In this document: one piece after another, positions 37,600-48,319 of the stretch
Numbering within the stretch: the first letter of the stretch is position 1
Layout: the number at the start of each line of letters is the position of its first letter
Assembly (NCBI GenBank): GCA_000996895.1
Contig: LCBB01000001.1
Coordinates: 2,542 to 66,541, forward strand
DNA length: 64,000 bases
Direction: 5' to 3'
DNA from: a candidate division WWE3 bacterium GW2011_GWC2_41_23
GTDB taxonomy: Bacteria; Patescibacteriota; WWE3; UBA101185; UBA10185
Position numbers and translations under genes: made by a program
The notes under the pieces: generated by a model
What the model was told of the DNA's origin: nothing
What the model saw: only the letters and a program-made list of their open reading frames with translations
Databases searched by the model: none

Positions 37600-38652
37600 A
37601 TGGGTCTAAACACTAAACACGGCACAATTAAATACCCCGCATTCTTCCCCGACGCAACCCACGCGGTTATTAAGGGCATTTCAACACAGGACATTTTAGA
37701 TTCAGGAACTACGGGGCTGGTTGTAAACACATATCACGCCATTGTTGATAAGACGGTTGATATTATTGAAAAGTGCGGAGGTCTTCATGAGTTTATGGGT
37801 TTTAATTTTCCTGTTATCACGGATTCAGGAGGCTTCCAGGCCATGTCTTTGATAAGAAGAAGCCCCGGTAACGGAAAAATAATAAGAGACGGTATTAAAT
37901 TTAAAATAGACGGTTCGAGAAAAAGTATTACTCTCACACCTGAGAACTGCATACAAACGCAGGCTAAGCTTGGAGCTGACATTATGGTGTGTCTTGATGA
38001 TTGTACCGACCCCGGAGAATCTCAAAAAGAACAGGAGCTCTCAGTTGCCCGCACGGTAGCTTGGGCTAAAAGATGCAAAGAAGAATTTCAAAAGATTAAA
38101 AAAGAAAAACCTTTGCTGTTTGCAATAATCCAGGGCGGAAATAGTAAAGAATTACGTAAAAAATGTGCAGAGGAACTAATTAAAATCGGCTTCGACGGTT
38201 ACGCCTACGGGGGTTGGCCGGTTGACGGCGACGGTAAGTTTTTGGATGAAATAGTGGAATACTCCGCATCCTTAATGCCAGACGGAATGCCAAAATATGC
38301 GATGGGCATAGGAAAACCGGAGGATATCAAAAAGTGCGTAAAAATGGGGTATAACATGTTTGACTGTGTTTTGCCGACCCGCGATGCAAGACATAAAAGA
38401 CTCTACGTTCTTAATGGCTCTGCAGAAAAAGGATACGAGTTTGTTTATATGAGAGCCCAAAAACACGAGACCGACTCTAATCCTGTTTCAGATTCCTGCA
38501 ATTGCGAAGCTTGTAAAAATCACAGCCGCGCCTATCTCTACCACCTTTTCAAACAAGGGGACTCAAACGCCGGGCGTCTTGCCACAATACACAACCTGAC
38601 CTTTTATTCAAAGCTGATGGAAGAGTTGCATCCATTGACACTATTGAGATAA
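37600..38652 (+). CDS. tgt: tRNA-guanine transglycosylase
   Basis: NTYH, TDSGGFQ, FDCVLPTR, CNCEAC...H. Confidence 0.93.
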   Translation: MGLNTKHGTIKYPAFFPDATHAVIKGISTQDILDSGTTGLVVNTYHAIVDKTVDIIEKCGGLHEFMGFNFPVITDSGGFQAMSLIRRSPGNGKIIRDGIKFKIDGSRKSITLTPENCIQTQAKLGADIMVCLDDCTDPGESQKEQELSVARTVAWAKRCKEEFQKIKKEKPLLFAIIQGGNSKELRKKCAEELIKIGFDGYAYGGWPVDGDGKFLDEIVEYSASLMPDGMPKYAMGIGKPEDIKKCVKMGYNMFDCVLPTRDARHKRLYVLNGSAEKGYEFVYMRAQKHETDSNPVSDSCNCEACKNHSRAYLYHLFKQGDSNAGRLATIHNLTFYSKLMEELHPLTLLR

Positions 38653-38680
38653 TAAGTGTGGAGAATTTTTCACCTTAAAC

Positions 38681-40087
38681 ATGATAGATAAAGGCGTTGT
38701 CGAAAAAGCAGGGGCTCTTGCTCTCAAAATACACGAAAACTGTACCCGTTTATCCGGAGAGGGTTATTACTGGCACTTACACAGGGTTGCCGGACTATTG
38801 GAAGAAAATAATGTTAACGATCCTGAAATACTGGCGGGTGCTTATCTGCACCATATTCTGGACAGTAAAAAATACTCAAAGGAAGATCTAAAAAGGGACT
38901 TTGGTCCTGAAATTGCTGAAATAGTTGCCGAATATCACCGAATATCGGGCAACGAAATCAGCTCTATAGACCCGAAGAATTACAACGAAAGCATAATCGT
39001 TCAAACTTATCTGAACCTGATAAAAAACCCTAAAACGCTGATTATCCGACTGGCCGATAAGGTCGATAATATAAGATCCGCGTACGTTTTGCCTAAAGAA
39101 AACGCCCGTCGTGTTGCTGAAAAAGCAATGTATTTATATTCCCCGATATGCCAGCTTCTCGGTATTCACAAATTTGTCGTGGAATTGGAAAACGAGGCTT
39201 TTAAGTTATTAAACCCCGGAGAATATTTCTCTATCGAATCCTATTTAAAAAAGAAAATGCCTGAGATGGAAAGTGTTTTAGAGGACACTGCCGAATTTGT
39301 GAAAGACATTCTCGATGAAAAAGGAATCCCCGCCAAAGTCGATTACAGAGTAAAACACACATATAGTATTTATAGAAAAGCTCAAAAATACAGAGAAACT
39401 AAAAACTACAAAGGACTCAGTCAAATTTACGATATTGCGGCAATGAGGGTTCTTGTTGATTCCATAGAACAGTGTTATTTAACAGAAGATATTTTAAAAC
39501 AAGTGTGGACAGCAGTGCCTGGCGAACGTGACGACTACATTATGCATCCAAAACCCAGCGGTTACAGAAGCATACACAATACCTTCGCTGTTAGTCCGAC
39601 CATGTACTTGGAAATACAAATAAAGACCAAGGAGATGCACGAAAATAACGAGTTCGGTATTGCCAGCCATACATTCTACAAAACAGGAGAGCAATTAAAG
39701 AAAAGCTTTCAAACATCGCCCGACTGGCTTACGGACATAAGCTTTATTAAGAATAAGGGTGATCTTCGAATAGACCAGTTTAAAAAGTACGTTTACGTAT
39801 TTACCCCTAAAGGCGATATTAAACAACTGACGCGCGGAGCCACACCCATAGATTTTGCCTACAGTATCCACAAAGACCTGGGTAACGCCTGCGTAGGAGT
39901 TACTATAAACGGGGATTTCCAGAAGCTCAGTTACGAACTAAAAGATGGGGATAGGGTTGAAATAAAGACCTTGAAGCACAAAAAACTACCCAGCCCCGAC
40001 TGGTTGGACTTTGTTAAAACGCGTAAAGGTAAGGATGAGATCAGAAAAGCCTTAAGAAAGGGTTCTGAGAGGAAAGAGCTTAGTTAA
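38681..40087 (+). CDS. rel: Short RelA/SpoT protein (HD + synthetase + TGS)
   Basis: RVKH.YSI..K, YD..A.R, GYRSIH, EIQI, VFTPKG, DFAY.IH. Confidence 0.9.
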   Translation: MIDKGVVEKAGALALKIHENCTRLSGEGYYWHLHRVAGLLEENNVNDPEILAGAYLHHILDSKKYSKEDLKRDFGPEIAEIVAEYHRISGNEISSIDPKNYNESIIVQTYLNLIKNPKTLIIRLADKVDNIRSAYVLPKENARRVAEKAMYLYSPICQLLGIHKFVVELENEAFKLLNPGEYFSIESYLKKKMPEMESVLEDTAEFVKDILDEKGIPAKVDYRVKHTYSIYRKAQKYRETKNYKGLSQIYDIAAMRVLVDSIEQCYLTEDILKQVWTAVPGERDDYIMHPKPSGYRSIHNTFAVSPTMYLEIQIKTKEMHENNEFGIASHTFYKTGEQLKKSFQTSPDWLTDISFIKNKGDLRIDQFKKYVYVFTPKGDIKQLTRGATPIDFAYSIHKDLGNACVGVTINGDFQKLSYELKDGDRVEIKTLKHKKLPSPDWLDFVKTRKGKDEIRKALRKGSERKELS

Positions 40088-40102
40088 AAACGACCGGAAG
40101 GG

Positions 40103-40279
40103 TTATTTAAGCCTCTGTACTTCTTTGTGAAGAGTGTGCTTTCTCAGTTTGGGATTATATTTCATCAACTCGACCTTATCCGTTGTATTGATACGGTTTT
40201 TCTGAGTTACGTAAGATCTCATACCCGTTTCGGTACACTCAAGACCTACTATTAACCTGTTACCTTTTTTCTTTGCCAT
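40103..40279 (-). CDS. rpmG: 50S ribosomal protein L33 (not in the ORF track)
   Basis: [19 protein letters not shown]...KN..NT...[17 protein letters not shown]. Confidence 0.95.
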   Translation of the reverse strand: MAKKKGNRLIVGLECTETGMRSYVTQKNRINTTDKVELMKYNPKLRKHTLHKEVQRLK

Positions 40280-40335
40280 AGGGTGAAATATATTATAAAA
40301 TCAACTAAATTACAACCTTTTTTTAGCGGAAATAT

Positions 40336-42795
40336 ATGGAAATAAAGTACGACCACAAAAAAATAGAAAACAAATGGAAAGAACACTGGTACCGTGACAA
40401 TATCTACGAGGCTGTAGATTTTTCAGAAAAACCGAAGAAATATATTCTCGCCGAACTTCCCTACCCGTCCGGACCTTATTTACACGCCGGGCATATGATG
40501 AGATACACCGTGCCCGACGTTTACTCCCGTTACTTAAGAATGAACGGCTACAACGTCATGTATCCTATGGGCTGGGACGCATTCGGGCTTCCGACCGAGG
40601 GATATTCCTTAAAGATGGGAAAAACACCACAGGAGGTAACTGAGGAGCTTGCCAAGGGGTATAAACAGTCTGCACAGGATTTTGGCTACGGAATAGACTG
40701 GAACCGCGAAATCACGACGTCCGACCCCAAATACTATAAATGGACGCAGTGGCTCTTCCTGAAATTTTTTGAAAACGGGCTGGCTGTCCGGGAGGAAATG
40801 CCGGTTTGGTGGTGCAAAGAGCTGGGCGTCCTTGCCGAAGAAGAAGTTTTGACGGGAAAAGGCGGTGAAAAAATTAGCGAACGAGGCGGCCACGCTGTTG
40901 AAAGAAAGATGTTCAGACAGTGGGTTTTGAAAATTCCTGAATACGCCGAAAAATTAATTGACGGGCTCAAAGAAACAGATTTCCCTGACTATATAAAAAC
41001 CGCCCAGATTAACTGGATTGGTAAGTCGGTAGGAGCGGAGGTTGAGTTTGAGTCCGAGGGTAACTCGATAACTGTTTTTACAACAAGAATTGACACTATA
41101 TACGGCGCTTCCGCTGTTATTATTTCTCCCGAATATCCGGATTTGTACAATTTTGTATCCGCAGAACAACGTGGCGAAGTTGAAAAGTACGTTAAGGCCG
41201 CAAAACAAAAAAGCGAGATGGAAAGAACTGCCATCCAGAAAGATAAATCAGGAGTATTTACGGGCTCGTACGTTTTGAACCCTTTTAGCGGAGAAAAATG
41301 CCCGGTTTGGGTAGCGGATTTTGTTTTGACAACTTACGGAACGGGAGCAATTATGTGTGTTCCCGGTCACGATGATAGAGACCACGAGTTTTCGGTTAAA
41401 TACGGACTGGAGATTAGACAAGTAGTAAAACCCTCTAATGATGCGGTCGTCGATGTCCAAAAAGAACCTTTTACCGGATACGGAATTTCTTTAAATTCCG
41501 GCGAGTACTCAGGTAAAACATCGGAACAGGCAATAATGGAAATGACGCAAAAGGCCGAAAAAGAAGGGTTTGGTAAGTTTAAAATAAACTACAAACTTAG
41601 AGACTGGGTATTTTCCAGGCAAAGATATTGGGGAGAACCCATTCCGGTTGTTTATAAACAAGACGGAACCTTAGAGGCTGTTGTCGATACAAAAAACATG
41701 GAAGAAGTTTACAAGAAACTTCCCGTAGAGCTTCCTTATACAAAAGACTACGAACCTGCCGAAAACGGGGGAGCTCCTCTGGCAAGATTAACCGACTGGG
41801 TTGAAACTACAGACAAAGACGGTAACCCTGCAAAAAGAGAAACCGAAACAATGCCTACATGGGCAGGCTCGAGCTGGTATTACATAAGATATTGTGACCC
41901 CAAAAATGAAAGTGCTTTTGCCGACCCCGAAATACTAAAATATTGGCTACCCGTCGATAAATATTTCGGAGACGGCGGTCACACAACCGCGCATCTTTTG
42001 TATTCCAGATTTTGGCATAAGTTTTTCTACGACCTTGGCTTGGTTCCCACTCCAGAACCTTATAAATGGAGGATGACGGGCGGACTACTACTCGGCGCCG
42101 ACGGGCAGAAGATGTCTAAATCAAGAGGTAACGTAATAAATCCAAAAGAATTGGTGGATTATTTCGGCGCCGACGCATGCAGGCTGTACCTGTGCTTTAT
42201 CGGACCTTACGATGAAACTTACCCATGGGACAATCACGGAGTAAAAGCCACAAAAAAGTTTATCGACAACCTGTTTTTACTAAAAGAAAAAGTTAAAAGT
42301 GAAGAAAACGCCGGTCTTGAGCTAGAAAAAGATTACAACTTGATGGTAAAGAAAGTTACGGAAATGTGCGAGGCTCTTAAAATGAATACTTGTGCCAGCG
42401 AATTTATGATATTTGCGAATGCCGCTAAAAAAGCGTCTTCACTTAGTGTAGAACAGTGGAAAGGATATATAAAACTATTGGCACCCTTTATTCCTTTTGT
42501 TGCCGAAGAACTTTGGCACGAAATAAATAACTTCTCCGGCTGGGACAAAAAGAATAGCGTGCATTTGCAGGAATGGCCAAAGTTCGACGCGTCAAAACTT
42601 GCGGAAAACACTCTTACTATACCTATCCAAATAAACGGAAAGGTTCGCACTGAGATTCAAATCGACACAGAAGCAAGCGAACAAGATGTTGAAGAACTGG
42701 TTAAAAATAATGTTGACGTTATTAAATCGTTAGACGGTAGAGAAATAATGAAAATAATCTACATAAAGGGAAAAATCGTCAGTTTAGTCGTTTAA
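40336..42795 (+). CDS. leuS: Leucine-tRNA ligase
   Basis: PYPSG..HAGH, GWDAFGLP, RDW.FSRQRYWG, KMSKS. Confidence 0.97.
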   Translation: MEIKYDHKKIENKWKEHWYRDNIYEAVDFSEKPKKYILAELPYPSGPYLHAGHMMRYTVPDVYSRYLRMNGYNVMYPMGWDAFGLPTEGYSLKMGKTPQEVTEELAKGYKQSAQDFGYGIDWNREITTSDPKYYKWTQWLFLKFFENGLAVREEMPVWWCKELGVLAEEEVLTGKGGEKISERGGHAVERKMFRQWVLKIPEYAEKLIDGLKETDFPDYIKTAQINWIGKSVGAEVEFESEGNSITVFTTRIDTIYGASAVIISPEYPDLYNFVSAEQRGEVEKYVKAAKQKSEMERTAIQKDKSGVFTGSYVLNPFSGEKCPVWVADFVLTTYGTGAIMCVPGHDDRDHEFSVKYGLEIRQVVKPSNDAVVDVQKEPFTGYGISLNSGEYSGKTSEQAIMEMTQKAEKEGFGKFKINYKLRDWVFSRQRYWGEPIPVVYKQDGTLEAVVDTKNMEEVYKKLPVELPYTKDYEPAENGGAPLARLTDWVETTDKDGNPAKRETETMPTWAGSSWYYIRYCDPKNESAFADPEILKYWLPVDKYFGDGGHTTAHLLYSRFWHKFFYDLGLVPTPEPYKWRMTGGLLLGADGQKMSKSRGNVINPKELVDYFGADACRLYLCFIGPYDETYPWDNHGVKATKKFIDNLFLLKEKVKSEENAGLELEKDYNLMVKKVTEMCEALKMNTCASEFMIFANAAKKASSLSVEQWKGYIKLLAPFIPFVAEELWHEINNFSGWDKKNSVHLQEWPKFDASKLAENTLTIPIQINGKVRTEIQIDTEASEQDVEELVKNNVDVIKSLDGREIMKIIYIKGKIVSLVV

Positions 42796-42822
42796 AAAAA
42801 CGCCCCTTTTTCAAGGAGCGTT
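42794..42822 (-). terminator. Intrinsic terminator between convergent genes
   Basis: AACGCTCCTT-GAAA-AAGGGGCGTT followed by a T tract. Confidence 0.75.
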
Positions 42823-42843
42823 CCGTCCGTTTTCAGTTAGCAG

Positions 42844-43590
42844 TTATCTCAGTTCGAACATCACTGTTACGTTTTTGTATGCTGATGTAGACCCCGGTTC
42901 AACCGGAATTCCACCTCCGCCCCCCGCTCCCATACCCATATCATATTTAACCCCGCCATACATGTACTGAGCAGAACCCTCGTTAATCATAACGACTCTA
43001 CCGAGCTTTTTTCCCACTCCCGTGGCTATAGCTGTTGCTTTGCTTCTGGCATCCTCTATTGCAGCGTTAAGTAAAGCCTCTTCATCTATCGTTTGGTCAT
43101 CGATAGTTAAATTAGGGCCCCACATAGAAGCTTTTTCGACGGTTGCAAGTAATGCGGTTAAATCGTCGGATTTTGAGAGGTCACGTAACTTTGTGTTAAT
43201 TGTGTAAGATGCGTACCAATCACCAAGCTCATAAGTTGTAACACCGCTGCGGTATACGGAATCCTGGCGCTGATAAACATTCAAGCTTGTCGTCTCAACG
43301 TCGGCTTCGGGAATTCCGAAATCCTTTATCATTTGAATAACGCTTTTAGCTCTGTCGGTAAGAGCTTGAACGGCTTTGGCTTTGTCCGCGTCCGAAACTT
43401 CTATCGTCAGTGAGTACGAAGCGATTTGGTTTTTTACCAAAGAAGTAGATGAGCCGGAGACCGAAATGGTCTGAGGTGTCAAAACTTTAAACAAATACCA
43501 AACACCCGTACCGACTAAGGCCGCAAATACAATCGAAACGAAAATATTTACTAAAAGGGAAACATTTATAAGTTTATTATCATTGGGCAT
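42844..43590 (-). CDS. SIMPL (DUF541) domain protein
   Basis: TISVSG, AIEDARSKA..IA...G.KLG, PVEPG..VTVMFEL. Confidence 0.9.
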   Translation of the reverse strand: MPNDNKLINVSLLVNIFVSIVFAALVGTGVWYLFKVLTPQTISVSGSSTSLVKNQIASYSLTIEVSDADKAKAVQALTDRAKSVIQMIKDFGIPEADVETTSLNVYQRQDSVYRSGVTTYELGDWYASYTINTKLRDLSKSDDLTALLATVEKASMWGPNLTIDDQTIDEEALLNAAIEDARSKATAIATGVGKKLGRVVMINEGSAQYMYGGVKYDMGMGAGGGGGIPVEPGSTSAYKNVTVMFELR

Positions 43591-43654
43591 AACGGAATAT
43601 TATCATTTTTCTTATATTAAGAAAACCCGATAAGTCTGGGGTATAATGGACTAT

Positions 43655-44425
43655 ATGGGCTTTGTTAAAAACACCGAAGATATAAATAAAATGAGAAAAG
43701 GCGGAAAAATTCTTGCCGAAATACTGTCGGACCTTAAAAAAATGCTCGTTCCGGGCAAAAATTGTTTAGATCTTGAAAAAGAGTTTGTAAAAATGTGCCG
43801 GAAAAATGACGTGTCCCCTACCTGCAAAGGTTACGCTCCATATGGTATGCCCCCGTTTCCGACGGGACTTTGTTTGAGTATAAATAATCAATCCGTACAC
43901 TGTTTTCCAAGAAAAGGAGTTGTTTTGGAGGACGGGGATGTTGTGACTGTAGACACGGTGATAAATTATAAAGGGTTGAACGTCGACGCTGCATTCTCAA
44001 CCATTGTCGGGAAAGAAGACAGCAAACTAAAAAAGAAGCTGGTAGACACCGCAGAGAAAGTACTTTACGAAACTATTTCGGAAGTCGGCCCCGGGGTGCG
44101 GATTGGCCGGATTAGCAACAAAATGCAAAAAATAGTAGAATCACAAGGTTTAAACGTACTTAAAGACTACGCGGGACACGGAATAGGCCGCGAAATGCAC
44201 GAATACCCCGAAGTACCTTGCTACGGCGATATAAACGACGGTGCGAAGCTTCTGGAGGGCATGACCATATGTATAGAAGCCTTGATTTGTACAGGCAGCG
44301 ACAGTGTAGTCAACGTCAGTGAGTGGGAAACGTGTATGGAAGACGGCGGGTACTTTGCCCAGGCCGAACATACAATTTTAGTAACAAAAGACGGTTACGA
44401 GATATTAACTTTAAAAGATAAATGA
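43655..44425 (+). CDS. map: Methionine aminopeptidase type I
   Basis: SIN...VH, D..D, GHGIG..MHE, EHTI. Confidence 0.95.
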   Translation: MGFVKNTEDINKMRKGGKILAEILSDLKKMLVPGKNCLDLEKEFVKMCRKNDVSPTCKGYAPYGMPPFPTGLCLSINNQSVHCFPRKGVVLEDGDVVTVDTVINYKGLNVDAAFSTIVGKEDSKLKKKLVDTAEKVLYETISEVGPGVRIGRISNKMQKIVESQGLNVLKDYAGHGIGREMHEYPEVPCYGDINDGAKLLEGMTICIEALICTGSDSVVNVSEWETCMEDGGYFAQAEHTILVTKDGYEILTLKDK

Positions 44426-45528
44426 CATTAAAAGATATATTTACAGGCCAAGTCGGTAAAAACAATATGGATCGAAAAGTATTTCAACTACTTACTACAT
44501 TGATAGTAATATTGGCGCTGTTCCTTGCCGCAGGTTTTCTTTTTCCGGAGACTGTTTCAGTAATACTGAATGTTGTCTGGATTATTCTTATGGCATCGGC
44601 AGCAATTTTTTTCACACTAGGTATTCTGGTAATTATTGGTATGAAAAAAGAAGCGGGTAGAGTCCTGGATCTTTTACTCGAGGGAGCTCTCACATTTATT
44701 GATTTTTTGGAATTCTTAAAAAACCTTTGGAAAAGATTTGTTGACCTTCTAAAAGAATTTTTATTATTCGCATCCCCTATCTTCGCTTACATAGCGGCAT
44801 TTTTAGTTTACATTTTCCTTTTATACATTTATAAAACAGTAGGTAAAAGCTACGACGTCACAATAATGACCGTGATTATAACGGCTGCGGCCATCCTGGG
44901 CTTTGGCTTACTAAGCAAACCACAACCCGACACAATAATAGAGCTTACCTGGAAAGGACAATTTCAGAAAAGGTTTAAGGCTGGTTTTGTGGACGGCGTC
45001 GAGGTTGTTTTATTTGTTTTCTTCTTAACAATGGATAGCGTTAACCTTTTTTTCTTACCCGCCGACCTTAATATTCCATTGAAAGCTGAGTATAAAGACT
45101 ACGACCTTATGATTAGAAGTTTTGTTTACGACCAACACGTTATTACCACCATCGCACTTATAGTTACAACCGTATCACTTGAAGTACTGAGAAACATGAT
45201 AAAAATATTTGCCAATGCCAGAAAATATTACTTAAACTTTTCTCACGAATTAGAAAACTTCGGGGGCACCAAGAGAAATACAATGGACATGCTTAAAGAG
45301 GCGATTAGAAAAAGTTTTAACGACGCAAAAAGAGATTTAATTAAATTCGTAACATTCAACACAGTGTTATTCGGAGTTTTTCTGGTATTTCCAAGACTAA
45401 AACTACTAACTTTGGCCGTGGCAAGTGTTACCAATCTGGCACTGGACCTTACAATCCGTTCAAGGCTAACGGCCAAAAAAGGAAGCGATCTTATTGCCAG
45501 AATACTGCAAAAAGCATTTAGACTTTGA
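44422..45528 (+). CDS. Hypothetical multi-pass membrane protein
   Basis: 368-aa hydrophobic ORF overlapping map. Confidence 0.8.
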   Translation: MTLKDIFTGQVGKNNMDRKVFQLLTTLIVILALFLAAGFLFPETVSVILNVVWIILMASAAIFFTLGILVIIGMKKEAGRVLDLLLEGALTFIDFLEFLKNLWKRFVDLLKEFLLFASPIFAYIAAFLVYIFLLYIYKTVGKSYDVTIMTVIITAAAILGFGLLSKPQPDTIIELTWKGQFQKRFKAGFVDGVEVVLFVFFLTMDSVNLFFLPADLNIPLKAEYKDYDLMIRSFVYDQHVITTIALIVTTVSLEVLRNMIKIFANARKYYLNFSHELENFGGTKRNTMDMLKEAIRKSFNDAKRDLIKFVTFNTVLFGVFLVFPRLKLLTLAVASVTNLALDLTIRSRLTAKKGSDLIARILQKAFRL

Positions 45529-45582
45529 CGGGTGTCTTTTCGAATTGTATTATTTCTTTACGGGTAATATTTGGGTATTCAA

Positions 45583-46812
45583 ATGCAACCTTTAGCAGAT
45601 AAAATCAGACCTAAAAATATAAGTGAAATGTCAGGCCACGAAAAGCTTTTGGGCGGTGGCGGTATTATTTCCGAACTGCTCAAAAGTACGGTACAGACAG
45701 GATTTTTCCCTTCTTTAATACTCTGGGGACCTCCCGGTGTCGGAAAAACCACGCTGGCAAGAATAATCGCTACCGAAACAAACCGTAAGTTCTACGAGTT
45801 CAGTGCGGTAAACACTTCAGTTAAAACAATAGAAAAAGAATTGGAAGATAACGGTAAAACGACTTCTCCTAATCTGTGGTCTCAGGATTCTTCTTTAAAG
45901 AAAAAATCCGGAGCACCTGTCGTTTTCATAGATGAAATTCATAGATTTAATAAAGCTCAGCAGGACGCCTTACTTCCTATGGTCGAACAGGGAAAAATAA
46001 TATTTATGGGGGCGACAACCGAAAATCCTTCATTCGAAGTTATTGCTCCTCTACTGTCAAGGTGTCGGGTAGTGATAATGGATCAATTGTCCGAAGAAGA
46101 CCTTGAAAAAATTGTGGAAAGAGCTTTGGAAGATATTGGCAAAAAACTGGAAAAAGACGCGCGTAAATTTTTAATACAAAGTAGTAACGGAGATGCCCGT
46201 ACCTGCATAAATGTTTTAGAAATTGCTTTTCACTTACAACCCGGAAATGAAATTACCTTTGACGATATTAAAAAAGCTTTGCAAAAAAGTCAGCTAACGT
46301 TTGATTTACAGGGCGAAGAATTTTATAACACAATCTCCGCACTACATAAATCCATCCGCGGCTCAGACCCGGATGCAGCACTTTACTGGCTGGCGAGAAT
46401 GTTAGAGGCAGGACAGGATCCGACTTATATTGCCCGGCGTTTAATAAGACTTGCTTCCGAAGACATCGGGCTTAAAGACCCGCAAGCACTTGTGATTGCA
46501 GTGGCGGCTTTTCAAGCTTGTGAAAGAATCGGCATGCCGGAGTGTAATCTGGCTCTCGCCGAAGCCGTCGTTTATTTTGCAAAATCTCCCAAATCCAACG
46601 AACTTTATATTGCTTACGGCAAGGCAGCAGATGACGCCGTAAAATACGGAAATCTTCCGGTGCCCTTACACATTAGAAACGCTCCCACAAAATTAATGAA
46701 AGATGTCGGGTACGGAAAAAATTACAATTATTATCACAGCCCCGAAGGTAAAAAACTTCCCGATATAGAATATTTCCCCGACAAACTTAGGGGAACAAAA
46801 TATTTACGTTAA
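45583..46812 (+). CDS. rarA: Replication-associated recombination protein A
   Basis: PLA..RP, GPPGVGKTT, DEIHRFNKAQQD, ATTENP, SALHKSIRGSD. Confidence 0.96.
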   Translation: MQPLADKIRPKNISEMSGHEKLLGGGGIISELLKSTVQTGFFPSLILWGPPGVGKTTLARIIATETNRKFYEFSAVNTSVKTIEKELEDNGKTTSPNLWSQDSSLKKKSGAPVVFIDEIHRFNKAQQDALLPMVEQGKIIFMGATTENPSFEVIAPLLSRCRVVIMDQLSEEDLEKIVERALEDIGKKLEKDARKFLIQSSNGDARTCINVLEIAFHLQPGNEITFDDIKKALQKSQLTFDLQGEEFYNTISALHKSIRGSDPDAALYWLARMLEAGQDPTYIARRLIRLASEDIGLKDPQALVIAVAAFQACERIGMPECNLALAEAVVYFAKSPKSNELYIAYGKAADDAVKYGNLPVPLHIRNAPTKLMKDVGYGKNYNYYHSPEGKKLPDIEYFPDKLRGTKYLR

Positions 46813-48071
46813 TCCTGTAGTGTAAATTCCTCGAGCTCTTTTATTCCACCGAACGCTATTCTGTCGTGAACATGCTTTTTGGCGCACAACATTCTTGCCG
46901 GCGTAATTACAAACTCTCCCCACTTATCCGTAATTTCGTCGACGGCTGAATAAAGTTTTTCTTTTCTCTCGATATCCTCAAAAAGATCAAGTTGAGTGGT
47001 GTCATTATCAAAAATATCAAACACGGACTCCGCTAATATAGCCACTACTTTTCCCGCGTAAGGTGACCTGCACATTATTCTGTAAGCTTCTTTAAAAATG
47101 TCCCGGGGATCGAAGAGAGTTTTTCCGGTAATGTGCCCGTGATGCCAATATGTCCCGTCCCGGTAGTTTATGGAAACGTGAACTCCCTTAGCTTTGTAAC
47201 CTGCTTTCCTTAGCCGGCGGGCGGTTTTCTCGACCAGTTTATATAAGATGGGGGCAAGATCTTCGTTTTTCGACAGACGATCGGGTATCGCGTAGGAATT
47301 TCCATAGCTCCGCCTTCCCCACTCCACATCATCTATTTCCCAGCCTCTTAAGCGCAAGTACCAGTAGTAGCCCGTTATAGAGCCGAAAGCGCGTTCGAGA
47401 GTTACGGACGGGGCTCGGTAAAAATCCATGACCGTGTAAATATTTTGTGTAGCAAGACGGGCGGCATTTGCCCTTTTTATCCCATGAAGCCCGGTAATTT
47501 CCAGTTTTGAGTAAACGGATTCGAAATTCGAGATGTTTATTTCTTCCAGGCCGTCGGGTTTTTTAAGACCTGCGGCTGTCTTTGCCAAAAAAATATTCGG
47601 TCCGATACCGATAGAAACCGTTATCCAATCACCGACGTCCTTTTTAATCAGTTCTTTTATTTCTAAACCGGTGCTTGTCATTCCTTTTTTAAAAGACGGG
47701 CATCCTTCGAGGTTGACTATAAATTCATCAATGGACTTTGGAATTACCACGTCCGAAAATTTGCCGAGGACAGCGCGAAGCTTTAAATGTACATCACGGT
47801 ACTTTTGTGGATCCGGAGTTAAAACAACGAGGTCGGGGGCCAAAAGTTTTCCTTCCTTTACCCGCATACCGGTTTTAACACCCAGCGACTTTGCCTCATA
47901 AGAAGCTGCGAGTATACATCCGGACAGAGTATCATAAGCCGCAACTGCCACAGGATGGCCTCTTAATTGCGGATTTGCCTGCTGTTCTATCGTGGCAAAA
48001 CATGAATTTATGTCCACCAGCATTAACGTCGGTGGTTTGGGGTTAAAAGAAAGGTTAGTCAGCTTGTCCAT
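46809..48071 (-). CDS. dinB: Y-family DNA polymerase
   Basis: VDINSCFATIE, ASYEAK, SIDE, AK.A...KPDG. Confidence 0.9.
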   Translation of the reverse strand: MDKLTNLSFNPKPPTLMLVDINSCFATIEQQANPQLRGHPVAVAAYDTLSGCILAASYEAKSLGVKTGMRVKEGKLLAPDLVVLTPDPQKYRDVHLKLRAVLGKFSDVVIPKSIDEFIVNLEGCPSFKKGMTSTGLEIKELIKKDVGDWITVSIGIGPNIFLAKTAAGLKKPDGLEEINISNFESVYSKLEITGLHGIKRANAARLATQNIYTVMDFYRAPSVTLERAFGSITGYYWYLRLRGWEIDDVEWGRRSYGNSYAIPDRLSKNEDLAPILYKLVEKTARRLRKAGYKAKGVHVSINYRDGTYWHHGHITGKTLFDPRDIFKEAYRIMCRSPYAGKVVAILAESVFDIFDNDTTQLDLFEDIERKEKLYSAVDEITDKWGEFVITPARMLCAKKHVHDRIAFGGIKELEEFTLQD

Positions 48072-48315
48072 CCGATATTTCCTCCACCTCCCAAGACAAA
48101 TTATCGGTATTCAGGACTAATTTAAAGAAAATAGTTTCAGAAGCTCCCGAAAACACGTGAAAAAGGGCCTTTCCTGCGCGCAAAGTGTGATGATAGCCCA
48201 ACTTTACTATTTGGTGCCTATGACCCTCCCAAACAACCACTGAGGGCCTAAAATCCCTTTTTTTATGGTCATAGATGGATATAACTGATACCGGCGCCTT
48301 AACTTTGGTAATCAT
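48055..48315 (-). CDS. Small protein co-transcribed with the Y-family polymerase
   Basis: P...WEG..H..F.L.L....W pattern; overlaps the dinB start. Confidence 0.75.
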   Translation of the reverse strand: MITKVKAPVSVISIYDHKKRDFRPSVVVWEGHRHQIVKLGYHHTLRAGKALFHVFSGASETIFFKLVLNTDNLSWEVEEISDGQAD

Positions 48316-48319
48316 AGAT

